Shown: positions 50,938 through 64,000 of the stretch, in pieces
Position numbering within the stretch: position 1 is the first letter of the stretch
Layout: each line of letters starts with the position of its first letter
Assembly: GCA_965285935.1 (NCBI GenBank)
Contig: OZ260665.1
Coordinates: 67,642,001-67,706,000 of the forward strand
Length of the DNA: 64,000 nt
Origin: Ophelia neglecta
Taxonomy: Eukaryota
Direction of reading: 5' to 3'
Notes under the pieces: model-generated
Seen by the model: only the letters and a program-made list of their open reading frames with translations
Database searches by the model: none
What the model was told of the DNA's origin: nothing
Position numbers and translations under genes: made by a program

Positions 50938-53900
50938 GTTATTGGCATCTGACGTCTTGAAAGTTGTTGGTGTCAGATAGGTGAGGCGTTTTGTGTATAC
51001 GTGAACGGACGCCGGGTGTTATTTAGCGTACTATTACGTACTTCTATATAAATATATTGCTGTTGAAAGGTGTATGTTTTCATCAGAAGACACCTAATTA
51101 TATATAAAACGCTGTCTTTTTTGCGTTGGGATCATTATGCTGTGCTATAGATGAATGTTGCTCAAAAGCCTTTATGACGTTTCCCGATTGTCCTGTATTT
51201 GGTCACTTTGCTGTAGCTTGCCATGGTAGTTATCAGAAAACACGATTTGTTTCCTCTAGCTAGTTCTTCATTTACTTTCTATTTAAAGGTGTAGATTTTT
51301 GTGTGTGTAATCAGCACAAGTCGGTTCAACAGCCTTATTTGGCTGATTATTTGCAAAAAAATTACTCCTCAGATGGTCTCTGTGGGGATGTTGAGCTAAC
51401 ACGCTTACACAGTGCTGGGCTGAGACTCGGTTCCAATCACACACCCCACCTGTGACCTGTCCGAGAGAGAACCTTTACACTTGGTGATTTATCTCCTACT
51501 AATTGCTTGTCATAAGTCATAGCTCTACTCAAATTTGCACATATTGCCCCCCCCCCCCTCCCCCCGCCTCCCACACACACAGACAGACTTACACACAGAC
51601 GCAGACAGACGTACACACGCCCTCACACACACACATTTTCACACGCCCCATACAAAATAAAAATGAAAATAAATGTTTAATTAAGCTCTTATTATATGAA
51701 TAATTTTAGAGGAGACAGTTCTACAAATCTTAGGGCGGCTATGGGACATTTTGATTGGTCAAGTCCGCTCCCATGCCAAGCCCAATACGTATCATATTGC
51801 CTTCCTTTTGATTGATTATTATATCATGCTTGGTCCGTTTGCTTTATAGATATTTATTGGTCGTATTACCTTGGGATTCGGGACTTAGAAGGGGATTACC
51901 CAATTCATTGATTTATTATAACACGCTTAATAGCTAGTGGCAAGTATCATACTTTAGTGAGGCTTTCGCCTTTATAAGCCAGACAAATAAAATACTAACC
52001 TTCACAAATATCAGGGCCAATATTTAACAGTATTACAATGCATATATAAAGTTCGTGAAAAGTGTACTAAAGCAAGGAGGAATATATTTCATTTAGGGGG
52101 AAGTGTGACCAGATGATATTCTGCCTGTAGTCAAGCGGATAAGGGAATAAATTGTGTACTTTTTCCTACAAATATGAAATTTTGCATAGATATAGAATCG
52201 ACCTTCCTCTATAAATCTGGAGAGGGAGACATTTGGTCTTTTGTTTTGTCAATGTTACCATGGTTACCATCCCCGTAGTATGGACATTCCTAATTTGTGT
52301 CAATAGAGTCAATATTTGTGTTATAAACTTCAAGTAAGAGTCCACATATACATGGAAATCGAAGAATATCAGATGTGACTAGTTATACCCTGAGTAGGTG
52401 TAACTTTAATTTCTAGGCCTGTCTTTCAGTTTGGCCATTCCACTATTCTCTTGATTACAAAGGTTTTGACCAGTTTGTGCATTTAATGAACGTTGCCATG
52501 GTAAAAGACACAAACTTCACGATCATGTGTCAATTATATAAACTTGAAGACATGCGTCAAAATAGATAAGTAAAAACACAAAAGGCATATAATAATAAGG
52601 TCGTGGTATGCCTTATTGGCAATTTTGCGTAATAAATTATGTTTTGGTATAGTTGCCTTAGAAACGGTTATCTGCCTCATTAAATTAACTATTTCAAGGT
52701 AAAGCTTGCTCCAGGAACATATATAAGGTCTCAAAAACTTAATATGTCTTAAAAGTATTGCACGAGACAAATGATTTTACTGTTTTCATTGAATGCGGTT
52801 GGTTACCGTGGATACAAGAAGACTATGGATGTTTTCAACTGTCTCCCTGTCCAAATATAAAGAGTATGGCCTGTTCTACACAAATTCATGATTGTAGCAA
52901 AAGGTTTATAATTCCACCTAAAAGTGCATTTATCCGCAGGACTTGTGTTTGCGCGTTGCAGTTTAGATTACATATTTCATAAACACGGACTTTATAAAAC
53001 ATACCAAACAAACTTAAAAAAATAAATATTGGCTTGCTGAGGATGCAATATAAACTATATTGGCCTTTAGCTAATAAAAATTTCCTGGGGCTGCCGCCAT
53101 GGGAAATATTACTTGTTTCAGGCCAATATAACTTCATATTCGTATGCCAATATTTGAGTTCTATCTTTGGAAAAGCCAAAAGATGTGCTTTTAATAGATT
53201 GGCTGTATAATTTAATGAGGTGTACATTATGTGTAAGCTAAGAATTTCAGTTTTACCCCAGATGTTACACGTATTGATTTTTACTAGCATTGATATATCT
53301 GTGAATGCAAAACGATGCCTTCTGTTGACATTTGTTGCTAGCCTGCTCCTCATATTAATGGAGCAAAATACCACGATTACCTGTCTGCATCATTTAACAA
53401 TATGGAACAGCAGAGTGTATTTATGGTGGCCTTTGGGTAAAAGGAAGTCAAAATTTCCTGTCAGCTGCATTCTTTCTTACATGACAATGCTGTCTATGTA
53501 CTTCGATGCCAGGATCTGCCCACAATTTCCTCCTCGTAATTAGCTACCTTGCGTCTTTAGTTGCTTTTAGGTTTCACTAAGGTCTCTCTCACTGATGAAC
53601 CAGACAGGTAACAGGAAAACAGGCTACTTTCAAAATCGGATTCCCAGTGCTTCTTTATAAACCAAGCTTAGTGGTAGGCGGGCGTAATCTCCACTTGTAA
53701 TTGTTCGCTCTCTATATCTTGAAATGCCAGCATCCTAGAGCGCCGGTAGTTGGGGTGGAGATGAAGCAAGTTAATGTTTAGTTTTTCGAAAAGTCTGCAG
53801 CGGTATCAAACACATGCATACCATTCATTTTTAGCCAGCTTCTTTTAAAGCATTCATTATCCCGTACAAAGCCAGAGCAGTAGAGAAAAACTTGCTAGAC

Positions 53901-56900
53901 ACTTCTATGTTCAAATCGGATCGTTTGGAAATAAAACTTGCACCAGAGAGGCATGGATTATAAGCAGTTGGATATGGCGTACAGTTGACTTGTACAACGT
54001 ATAACTATGTTTCATGGTGTTCGTGTTTGCTGTTCATTAAAGTCGTGTGTTAAGTCTATGATTTCATTGTTCTGGGCGGTGGTATATATGCAATATTATC
54101 TTTGTAAAACGCATGGTAGTTGATTTCATACAGCGATCTAGATATTTAACAGTTAAAACTAGCATGCCTTATTGGCTGATGCCAAGGTAAAGCGGGGTTG
54201 ATGTAGAGTTGCTGTACGTTTTGTTCAACAGGCCAAGGGATTTGGTTTGGCCCAGTTTCTGCGCTTTTAGAGCACTGGTTTCATGAGTAGCGCGGCTTTT
54301 CATCTGCGCTTCTTTAGCGCGCTGTCGCGGCGGGTCCTTCCTGTGGGAGATGATATTGAGTAGTCCCTTGCTGAGACGGCAAGCTGTCTGTAACAAGTGC
54401 TCCGATTGGCCGATTAAGTCTGAGATGCTTGCCGCCACCTGATCAGGGTACTCGTCCCTATATTGTTTAGCTGTGCTCTATTTAACACGTTTTCAGTGAC
54501 GGAGAACGTTTAGTGGTAAAAATATAATCAGAAATAGCACCAGAAAAGAAGATTAGGCCAGATTACTCAATATCTGTGACGCATATAATAACTCGGCTCG
54601 AGTACATGATGTGACGTGTACATGATGATGAATTGTCAGCCACTTCTAGTTCAAAGCAAGACGAGAGAGTTGGATCCGGCTAGCAACCCGATAAATTGTC
54701 ATCGGTGTCAAAACCTAGCAAGCTTAATTTACAAGCCGTTATTGGCTGAGAAAGTTGGCTTATCAATGAGGATTTTTTTTCAATATCCAAAAATATCCGG
54801 CTCGCATCACTTACACCAAAAATGCGAATTTGATTATTCTTCACGGTGCAAATGGGTTTTTTACCTGAACAAAATACTATCAAGCCCGGCGAATCTGGTG
54901 ATTTACCATGTGTATCCTGGCTGAAGGATGACCCGTTCTAATGACTGTATTTGTACAGTAAATTTTGAGCAAAATCACAGATCAAACATTAAAAGTTATA
55001 AATTTGAAGCAATGGTTATTGCACAGCGGTCTATTGATATTGCTCTTTTTGTCTAGGCTAAATTAATTTTCTAAAGTTAACTCTCATGGATCGTGTTATA
55101 AATCTTAGCAGCCATATTGGTTTATTAAGGGGGGTCACACATGGGTCAACCTGGGGGGGTGGGGGGGGGGGGGGTTGGTCGGCATAAAAATTCGAATTTA
55201 CTAACATATGCTCCAAATCATCGCCGCGCATCGCAAACAGGAGACATCAGTTTCTATTGGACTAAACACATTCTCCGGCGTGACTATATAGGTTGGATGT
55301 CTCGGTTGCCTGCATAAGGAGGACTTGGTTCCCCTTGATTGTTTGCAATGTTGATGCGTGCTTCCACCCTCCAGTGTCAGTGTGTCTGGCATCAGAAGAC
55401 CCCATGTCTGGGACTGAGACTGCTCTCGAACATCCACGAGTGTTCCAGGTATCGGACGGTTACTTATTTGACATAAGCATTCCAGATATTTTGTTGGGGT
55501 ATCACCAGACTCAATCTGTGACTACAGGGTGTCTACTAGATAAAATACCTGATATAAGTCTCCACAATAAACGAAAGAGACGGCTATTGTCGAAATGAGA
55601 TACAGTTCCCATTTCAAATTTGACATAATGTTTTGCAACTTTCTGTCACTCACCGTGTTCGGGAAACTGGACACAATTATAATGTTATCAGTTCGCTTTA
55701 TATGAGCCAGATACTAACGCCTGAGTTATATAGCAAAAGTCGAATAATTAGGGATCTACATCGTCATATTTTGAGTCTTGTCTTGGAGGATGCGGTATCT
55801 GTCGGTACCGTGCTCAATTGTGCGTGTAGGATATTGAATTCTACAAATAAACACAATTATTCAAAGTGCGTCGATAAATTGTAACATTTATATATTGGTT
55901 GAGGGGTGAAAGGGAGGGGGTTGGTGGTGGCTAAGATTGTCTACAAAAATATACAACATTTTTCTTTGTTATGTTATAGATGACTGATACTTATTTAATT
56001 ATACATATCTCGTCTCAGTATCTGTAAAGAAATGCAACTATTTGACTAATTTGACAACGTGGAAACCACCCGCATCATTCTTGACAGAACCGCATGAAAA
56101 GAAACAAATACCTTTTTAGGGTTAATAAGCAATTATGTTATTGATGTAGGACATGTACCTGAATAATTTCATATATATGTGAGTATTCAAAATAAGTGGA
56201 TAAGCCATACAACGGCACTCCTGGCAGTTTGACCAAAGTCTTGTCCGTTTAGGCTTTGGCTCTTTACGATAAAACAGGTCAATTATTAGCTAACCAGTCT
56301 TATGCTCCATAAATATGCAAATATATAGGCGTCAGTGGTCAGGGGTGTCACATGACGTTAATATTTAAGTAGTTACCATGGTAAGCAGTATCGGCATTAA
56401 TTTTACATTGGCTGAACAATAAAAGTTGGTCTAACCTGTATTTCCGAACCGCTATTGCTACCACCTTAAAAGTCACTCGCTTCCATACCTAACAGGAACA
56501 AAAAGCAGCTGGAGCTGGTATATTTCCCGATTTCCCAGTTAATTACTGTCATAATTACGAATAATTTCATGCCATTTTACTTTTCCCTACGACAGTTTTT
56601 TTCCCGCAAATGGAAAAGTGATTTACATGTTCTACCCATTTGTGATGATACTACTCTTAGCTAAGAAGACGAGAATTTCTACTTCATATTAGATTGCGAC
56701 TGAAAATCACTACATCTTCCCAAATGATGTAGTAAGACACCCCGAGTTTACCGCATCAATTATAAGCCAATCCTTACAAACTTTAAGTTTTAATATGAAA
56801 ATATTTGAAGTCATATTCAGGGGTACCGGTGTCATTGGGAATTTTTGTGGTTATCATGCTAAGCAGTATGTGTCAGTAAGATACTTTTCCTGTTTTGCGA

Positions 56901-57124
56901 TACTTTAATTTAAAGTGCCTTAATTGTTTTGCAATAAATTGTTTAATCTCCGAGTTTAGTTTAAACTACTGAAATCAATTATTTCTAAGGATCTAAACCA
57001 ATAACTAATTATTAAACGTAGGGATGTGTAACTTTTGTTTACAGACAACTTTAAGAATCATTTTGTGAATATAACAAGAATCTCAGAGGTAGGGATATAT
57101 GGTGGAAGTCGGGAGAGGGCCACG

Positions 57125-57530
57125 ACAGTTTTGGCCATGTTCGAAACTGTAATGGAGCCAGTTGCTGCGAATAATCACGATTTGTCCCGGCTTTTTAAAT
57201 CGTGAAGGGTCGTAAGTCCATCGTAGGACCATCGTGATAAATCGTACCTAATCCTACTGAAATCGCCCCTAATCGCTGTTGGTCGTGGCGTGTCGTAGCT
57301 CAGTTGGTCCATGATCGTGTGAGAATTGTCCCTATTCCTGGTCAATCAGGTCGTAGAGCAGACGGCTTTAGTCGTCACAAATCGTAGAGTCATTGTGGTT
57401 ATTCTTAGTGACTTCGTGGGCCATCGTAGCAGGTGACATTGCGGAGCTTCTCTCACAACTTCCCACGACGTTTGGGCTATGATTAATCGGAATAAATCGT
57501 GGTCCCAATCGTTAAGGTGTGAACGGAGCT
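57125..57530. mobile_element. Possible right arm of a Harbinger-like non-autonomous element
   Basis: Imperfect palindrome ACAGTTTTGGCCATGTTCGAAACTGT, dense strand-biased TCGT motifs, TIR-like end GGTGTGAACGGAGCT; no left arm found. Confidence 0.45.
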
Positions 57531-59094
57531 GCTTTTTCTGCGCCACATAGCCAAACTACAAGGGCGTAACTAGGGGGTTCGGGGCATGAACCCCCCTTTG
57601 TCTGCTGACAAAAAACTTGTTCTATAGTTCGAACTGCTAAATCTACGAACCACCATCAGACAAACCTGTGTTGGTCCATTTCATGTCGCGCTCAAGTGAA
57701 CTACACTATACACTGAAGATGGTAGATATTTCTTAGTCTCGGTTATACTCTTATAATGCGAATACTTTTATGTTACTCTAATTTCCCAACGAATGTTTTT
57801 TAAAAAACTGTGCATGCGCGCAAGTGATTACAATGATTGCAAAAAAGATAATGAATGACACACTTCGTACCAGCATTTCCACCTCTGTATTATACGTTCT
57901 GATACTACTGCACAGTGCCAATAGTAGTATCTGAACGTATTATCAATCTTGCCAGGAGTTGCCGTAAATCATGCTGCCCAAGCCTGTTTGAAAGGGACAA
58001 GATCTGCGTCACCTTCTTGCAAAAGTTTCTGATAAAGTCACAATGTAACAATGTACATATGCATATTACAAGTGCAAGGAATTTTTAAAATGATGTGGCA
58101 CATAAAATGTATTTTATGTTACTTTATAAATATTCTTTCTTTTCACATTTATATTATGAACAGACTGGCAAATTTCAAAATCGGATAAGCCGCCTCTTTT
58201 TGGTGAAATCAATTAATTCTTGGCGGCGCCTCTAACCTGTTGCGCCTCATTGCACGATCCAGTGTGGCACAACCTCCCAGAATATATCCCGATTAGAAAC
58301 GCCAACAGTCAGTACACGTTCTAAAGCCCACCCAATCTCTAGCTGCCAGATACATCAAGCACATGTGTCAATGTATGTCAGGCGTGAGCTGGGGACAGTA
58401 TTTACATTCAACTACCCGGAAGCAAACCGCTCCTATGATCTCACAGACTCCTACAGCTAGTGTAGGTATAGACTCATGTAGGCAATTTACAAACGTGACT
58501 GAACTGTGGTAATAAACACCCAATTTAATGTATCGTTTAACACTTCTTTCGGAGCTCAGACATGGTATAGAGGTTCTCCATGGCTGAAAAGAGATCGCCA
58601 TGACAGAGATCTAAATGCGCTGTCCTGCGGCATACAAGATGCATCGCACCCTAAGGCTTCAACAGTAATACAACCAATGGGGGCGATAGACATTGTTTTG
58701 GCTATCAATGGGTTCTACGTAACAAAGCCCCATATAGAAATTCAAATTACAAAATGAAACAAACAAAGTAGAGGCGGGTCCGCCATTTATTTGAAGTTAA
58801 CTTTGTACCCCACATGAACCAGCAACAAAGCGGTCGATTGCGCTGGAAGAAAAACTCATTTATATGCCTATACAAAGACATCACGTGTCGCCGAGTTGTG
58901 GGGCAGCACATATACTCTGCCTTCAGGAGCCTAATTTATTTTCTTTTTTTTTGTCGGTCATTTAGGCTCTATCGACTATCCGTACGTGCCTGCTATATGT
59001 ATATTTCCCAGAAGAGATGTAGGTTCCAGGGTTGGAGAGATATGTATATTTCGCGCTAAGAGGTATGGTATCGGGGTTACAGATAGGCCTGTCT

Positions 59095-59288
59095 GGCGGC
59101 CGCAATTACCAGAAAGCTTAAGGCCGCAACATTTTGTAGTGCGGCCGCAACTTAGTAGTCTATCTTGCTGTCGCGACTTATTATCTTACGGCCGTAATTC
59201 ATTGTCGTGCTGTCGAAAGCTATTATCTCGCGGCTGCAACATATTATCATGCGGCCGCACCTTTTTATCTTTCGGCCTCGACTTAGTA
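59095..59288. repeat. Degenerate 21-bp tandem repeat
   Basis: Unit approximately TTATCTTGCGGCCGCAACTTA; inverted copies at 60229-60263. Confidence 0.75.
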
Positions 59289-62200
59289 TGAAGAGATATA
59301 AATTTGATGGTGTGATGTTTATTTCGCGATAAGTGATGTATGTTACAAGACAAAAGCTCTTCTAACAACCATCATAATAAAATATGGATATTTATCGTTC
59401 TCCCTATTGTGCGCTGTTCGGGTTGCCTCACGAGAGACATGTGCATGGAAACAGAGTGCCTTACCCTGTCTATATTAAAGCTTCCGCTAATTACCAAGTT
59501 GCGCCCACTCTATATGTACAATGTCAATGGCAAGCGTTTTATTAGGGCCAGCTATTACAGATATATATACCAAACATGCTCATATGGTATCTATATACTG
59601 AGAACCAGACTATGAACGTCATTTTAAAGTAATTTAAGGTTAGTAATTAAAAATGCACATAGTGTTCTTGTTAGATTTTTTCGGCCAAGGAAAATCACTC
59701 CAATTTAATCCTGGTCTGGTGATAGTGAATCAATGAGAGAAAGCTACTATAGTATACTATGTGCACCCGTCTATATCCCATTATCAATCCGTTAAATATC
59801 ATAGGCCTATACTTATATAAGACGTAAAGTTTAAAGCATGTCGTTAATTTGGAGAGTATTCAATTTCGCATCGTCATATCCGTACATTACGTAAACCAGG
59901 GTTGTCACAGCTTATCAGCAGAGCAATAAAGCAAGAAAAAAAAATCCATAAATATTCGGGTATATCTATACAAAAACCGAATTCGGTGAGCATTCAGGCA
60001 CAATTATGCTATCATATTTTTAGCAATGTCATGGTTTTAATTTTCAACATTGTTTATATGCACCTGCAAGTCTACTTCGTGACGCCATTGTTCTGTTCGG
60101 AAAAAGTACAAGTTTATTAAGAACACGCGTAGAACACAACCCTCTGATCAACTGATCCCTGTGTTAATCAGGATCTATGTAGGCCTTCTTGTGAAGGATG
60201 TAATCGAACTGAGAACAGAATTATTATCGACTGCAAGATAATAAGTTGCGGTCGCAAGATAGGCGTTTCTTTTACCTTTAAATATACATTTCCTTTACAC
60301 TGAAAAGTACATCTCTCTTTCAGTAACTTGCATTTAGTTGGCACGAATGTTACTTCATAGGTATGGACCAATTTCGACTTTCCTACGCTTATATTGCCTG
60401 AGCAGTCAACATGTGTTTACGCATGAAATACCCCGACGTCTGGTCGATCAAATTAGTTCCACCTCAGCCCTTAAATGGTCGTATATTTGCATTTACTCAA
60501 CATTATGTTACCAAATCACACCGCGCATGTGGCTTTGTTTTATCGATCAACACAATAAACCTTGGCAAACATTATACCCGAGCAAACAATATATATGCTG
60601 AGTCTTAGGGGATCAATATATCAAATGAATTACATGTTAGTCTTCAATCTTCCATACAACTGGATTCTCCTCATGCACCAAAGTAAAGTGGAAGCCTCTA
60701 ATCAATTATAAATTGCTTTATAAGTGTATACCGCTACTCAACTAAATCTTATTATATACGTATCATAGGTTCCGCTGAAAGTCCAAACACATGATTGTAT
60801 ATATAGTTTTTAATGAATAATTAATCCACAGTCAGCTGGGAGCTCACTAGCTAAGTTACATGTCATCTATGCTTTATCATTATACGATGTTCACCTGTTT
60901 GCATGCATGGTCTTTGTGGTCCTTCGAAGCATGCTCTCGGGTCCGAATCTTTGCCATTTACCGAAAAGGGACTATTTTTCATCGCTACAGAGTGGTTACG
61001 TGCATACTTGGGCTTTAAAAGGTGATGTCTTGTCTTATCAGTGAGCGCCTGTAAGACTAAACGGCGGGGCTGACTGCGCGGCCGCATGTAATTACAGGCG
61101 GTTTACATACAACTCCTCGCGGCCGCGCAGTTATCTCCACCATTTAGTCATATTGATAAGAAAAGAGTTGCTCTCGAAGACATGTCACTTGATAAGGTGT
61201 TCAGTAAAACGCTTGGCAAAAAATAAACAGCAAGCATTTTGTTATACGGCGTGACCTTGTCTATCTTAAAAGTTGTATATTTTTTCTCGTCCTTGTCACC
61301 ATACAAGCAGGCCTCTCACTCTGGGAAAAGGTGGCCGGCTAATAAGTTAATGTCAATCCGCAGTCTTATCGCCTTTTCTTGAACAATATATACAATATAT
61401 TCATGCGAAAAACTTGCATCTTAATCTTATATTGATATATTTTTTCCCTTTCATCCGGTTCACCTAATCTACTATATACTCCGTCGTTTATGTCCTCCCT
61501 TTCTGGGAATTTAGATTTACTGTTGCGATCTGTTACCATAACGTTATGCCGAAACCAACACCTCAGGATCTACAAGCCAGTGAACTGAAAATGACTCACT
61601 GACACAATGATTCCTTTATTCAGGACATACATGGAAATTAGGGAAGCTTTGTGTGCCGCGTTGGTCGGCCAACGCAATTAGGTCGATATTGAGCATCGCG
61701 TGAACGCCTCAAGTGTCTATTGTGGCCGTATTGTAGCATCTATAACTTATAGGAAACCAGTATGACCTAACTAAATTGCAGAGGCATTCATTATTTAGTA
61801 TCAAATTTGGGGCACTTCATTTTTGGGGAACTGCCATACAATAACGCATTTGCATATACGACGGTCAGTTTAATCCATATGCGAAAGAAAACAGAAAAAG
61901 ATTCACAGGTTAAGTATGTCTAGCTGAGATATGTTATCTGTGTACAACGGTCCAGTAAACAGTAAAAACTGAGCCATCGCCTGCTTTAGACCTCGTCTAT
62001 GGTGACGCTCCATCTCCCACCAAGGAGCCAGAGCTCCGTGCCGAGACTATATATACAGAGTCCCTAGCGGGCAATATGACCATCCATTCGCGAAATAGAA
62101 CGGCATCCTTATGAATGACAACTTTCCCTTACGCCCTCCCTAAAACAACAACAACGTTATTTTGGGAACACTTTCTTCAGTTCCTTGTCTATCTGCAGAA

Positions 62201-63005
62201 ACTTCACATGGAAAGATTAACACCAACGATCTTTGTTTTCCCTTCTTTATTACACTGTGACATTTAAATGCACAACTTAACCCCGACTCCGAATTTAAAT
62301 GAAGATCAATTGTAGGTTAATGCGTCCTTTTCATGGCCGAACAGCAGCTACTAATTTCTGTTCTCTGTTCGGTGGCAGCAACACGAGTGCAATCGTGACT
62401 GGAAACGAAAAGCAATTTAACCACGTCTGAACTGGTCGTCCCCTGACGAACAATGGGCCACGAGTCACTATAAAATGTCCTGGCTTCATTAGTCATTAAT
62501 AGACCAAATAAAACTAATGGTGAGCATCAGTACAAAAAACGAGGCGTCTTGATCATCTCGACGCAAACACACTCCATGGCATTGAAGATGTTAATGGTAA
62601 TGAAAGGATTACTTCTTAACGTGCCGAATAAAATACCGTCTCAAATGCCATTTGGTCTCCCCTCGAAGCCGCCATGACAGCTGAAGTGCTTTGTGTCGGC
62701 TGTCTCATGTGCTGTTGGTTGAAGTGGAAAGGGGTTACGGTGAACAGGGAATTGAAATTCCTGGAGCAAAGCTACTTTCTTTTCTTTACTTTTTATTCTA
62801 TATTTATGCTTGACGTCAACACATTGATATCAATTTTTTTTAAATGATTGTTTGTACTGGACACATGCTAACCGAGCGAAGCTAAAGCTTTGCATGCACA
62901 CCCGCGCTTTGTATGGCATTTTGGTAAGGGTGCCTTAGTCATAAGGCGTCTGATGCTGTTACCAAGACAACAGTGCTCAGGACTGGCATCTGGTAATGTA
63001 TTTAG

Positions 63006-63007
<2 letters not shown>

Positions 63008-63056
<49 letters not shown>
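63008..63056. repeat. (TA)n microsatellite
   Basis: Pure TA run; a shorter one lies at about 50907-50937. Confidence 0.95.
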
Positions 63057-63059
<3 letters not shown>

Positions 63060-63303
63060 CGATCTAATCTCAACGGAAAAGAAGAGGAATCCATAATATG
63101 TCACGGATATGAACAATTGTCGAAACGCAACCAGGCTGGTTGAATAGAGAATTATGTCTACAATGGCAGCTGTCATACTCCGCTCACAGGAAATCATTCT
63201 TGGCTTGTTTCTCCCTATACCTGTCATGGCCCTTTTTCCACAACAATTTAATGCAGAACAATAATTATTGCGCAGTTGCTGTGAAACTGCATCATGATGG
63301 AAG

Positions 63304-63760
63304 TGTGATGTTTGACGCTCAATCATATCCACTACATGTACTGCGTAATGTTTAACGCCAAATTAAATCCACTATAACTGTGTGATGTTTGACGCCCACT
63401 GAAATCCACTTCTGTGTGATGTTTAACGCCTAATCAAATCCACTACTGTCTGATGTTTGACGCCCAATCAAATCCACTACTGTTTGATGTTTAACGCCAA
63501 ATCAATTCCTCTACTGTGTGATATTTGACGCTCAATCAAATCCACTACTGTGTGATGTTTAACGTCCAATCAAATCTACTACTGTCTGATGTTTGACGCC
63601 CATTTAAATCCACTACTGTTTAAAGTTTGACGTCCGATCAAAGGACTAATGTATGGCGTTTGACGTCCACAAGTCACTACTCAGTGTCGTTTAACGCCCA
63701 ACAAGCCACTACTCCAAGGCGATTGACGCCCAATCAAAGTTACTTCTCTGTGACGTTTGC
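63304..63760. repeat. 34-bp minisatellite, about 13 copies
   Basis: Unit TGTGATGTTTRACGCCCAATCAAATCCACTACTG; period 34 (63421, 63455, 63489). Confidence 0.9.
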
Positions 63761-63863
63761 GAACAAAATTAAAAATCGGAGTTGCCCCCGCCTGCGCTAA
63801 ATTCGACACCTCTCGGTCTGCTTATGTTTAAGTTAAAAGTCCGCCTAATTTTGTAATCATTCA

Positions 63864-64000
63864 CAGTGGCGAATTTAGGTGGGCGGGGGCTCAGGGGGCC
63901 TCCCCCCCCCCTTTTGCCAAAAAGTGGGCCCGGACCAGGGCCTATTTCTGGACCTTCGCAAGGTGGTTTCAGAGGGTTGGTTCCGAGGATAATCCAGACA
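63864..64000. mobile_element. Start of a dispersed non-autonomous DNA element, running off the window
   Basis: Starts CAGTGGCGAATTTAGG; shares ccctttgccaaaa.gtgggcccggaccag..tatttctggacc..gtggtttcagagggttggtt with 24567-24648 (inverted). Confidence 0.65.

Noticed and set aside
52070-53180. Possible decayed DNA transposon (CCATGGT motifs)
   Set aside because: No termini or TSD could be defined.
54169-54438. 89-aa minus-strand ORF in a GC-richer patch
   Set aside because: GTG start, no recognisable domain, no partner exons; left unannotated.

Overview
Animal genomic DNA; a probable Meta-domain SINE and the repeat content suggest a marine invertebrate such as a lophotrochozoan (inference). Left: the 5' part of a netrin (UNC-6/netrin-1 type) gene on the minus strand. 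One large exon encodes signal peptide + laminin N-terminal domain + EGF1 (9845-10886). It is followed by TWO tandem, intact, diverged 189-nt exons that each encode EGF2 (3681-3869 and 3435-3623), separated by only 57 nt. This layout points to mutually exclusive splicing of the receptor-selecting V-2/EGF2 module and is the main finding. EGF3 and NTR exons were not found and presumably lie left of the window. Centre: two convergent 3-exon PMP22/EMP/claudin-superfamily tetraspan genes (+ 20023-33203, about 302 aa; - 44551-34061, about 204 aa) sharing intron positions with each other and with vertebrate PMP22. The rest is intronic or intergenic, with decayed L2-like LINE fragments, a tRNA-derived SINE with TSD, several MITEs, a 2.3-kb 28-bp minisatellite and smaller tandem repeats. 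No convincing coding exon was seen beyond about 44.6 kb. All exon models were read by eye from splice signals and reading frames, with no transcript data.
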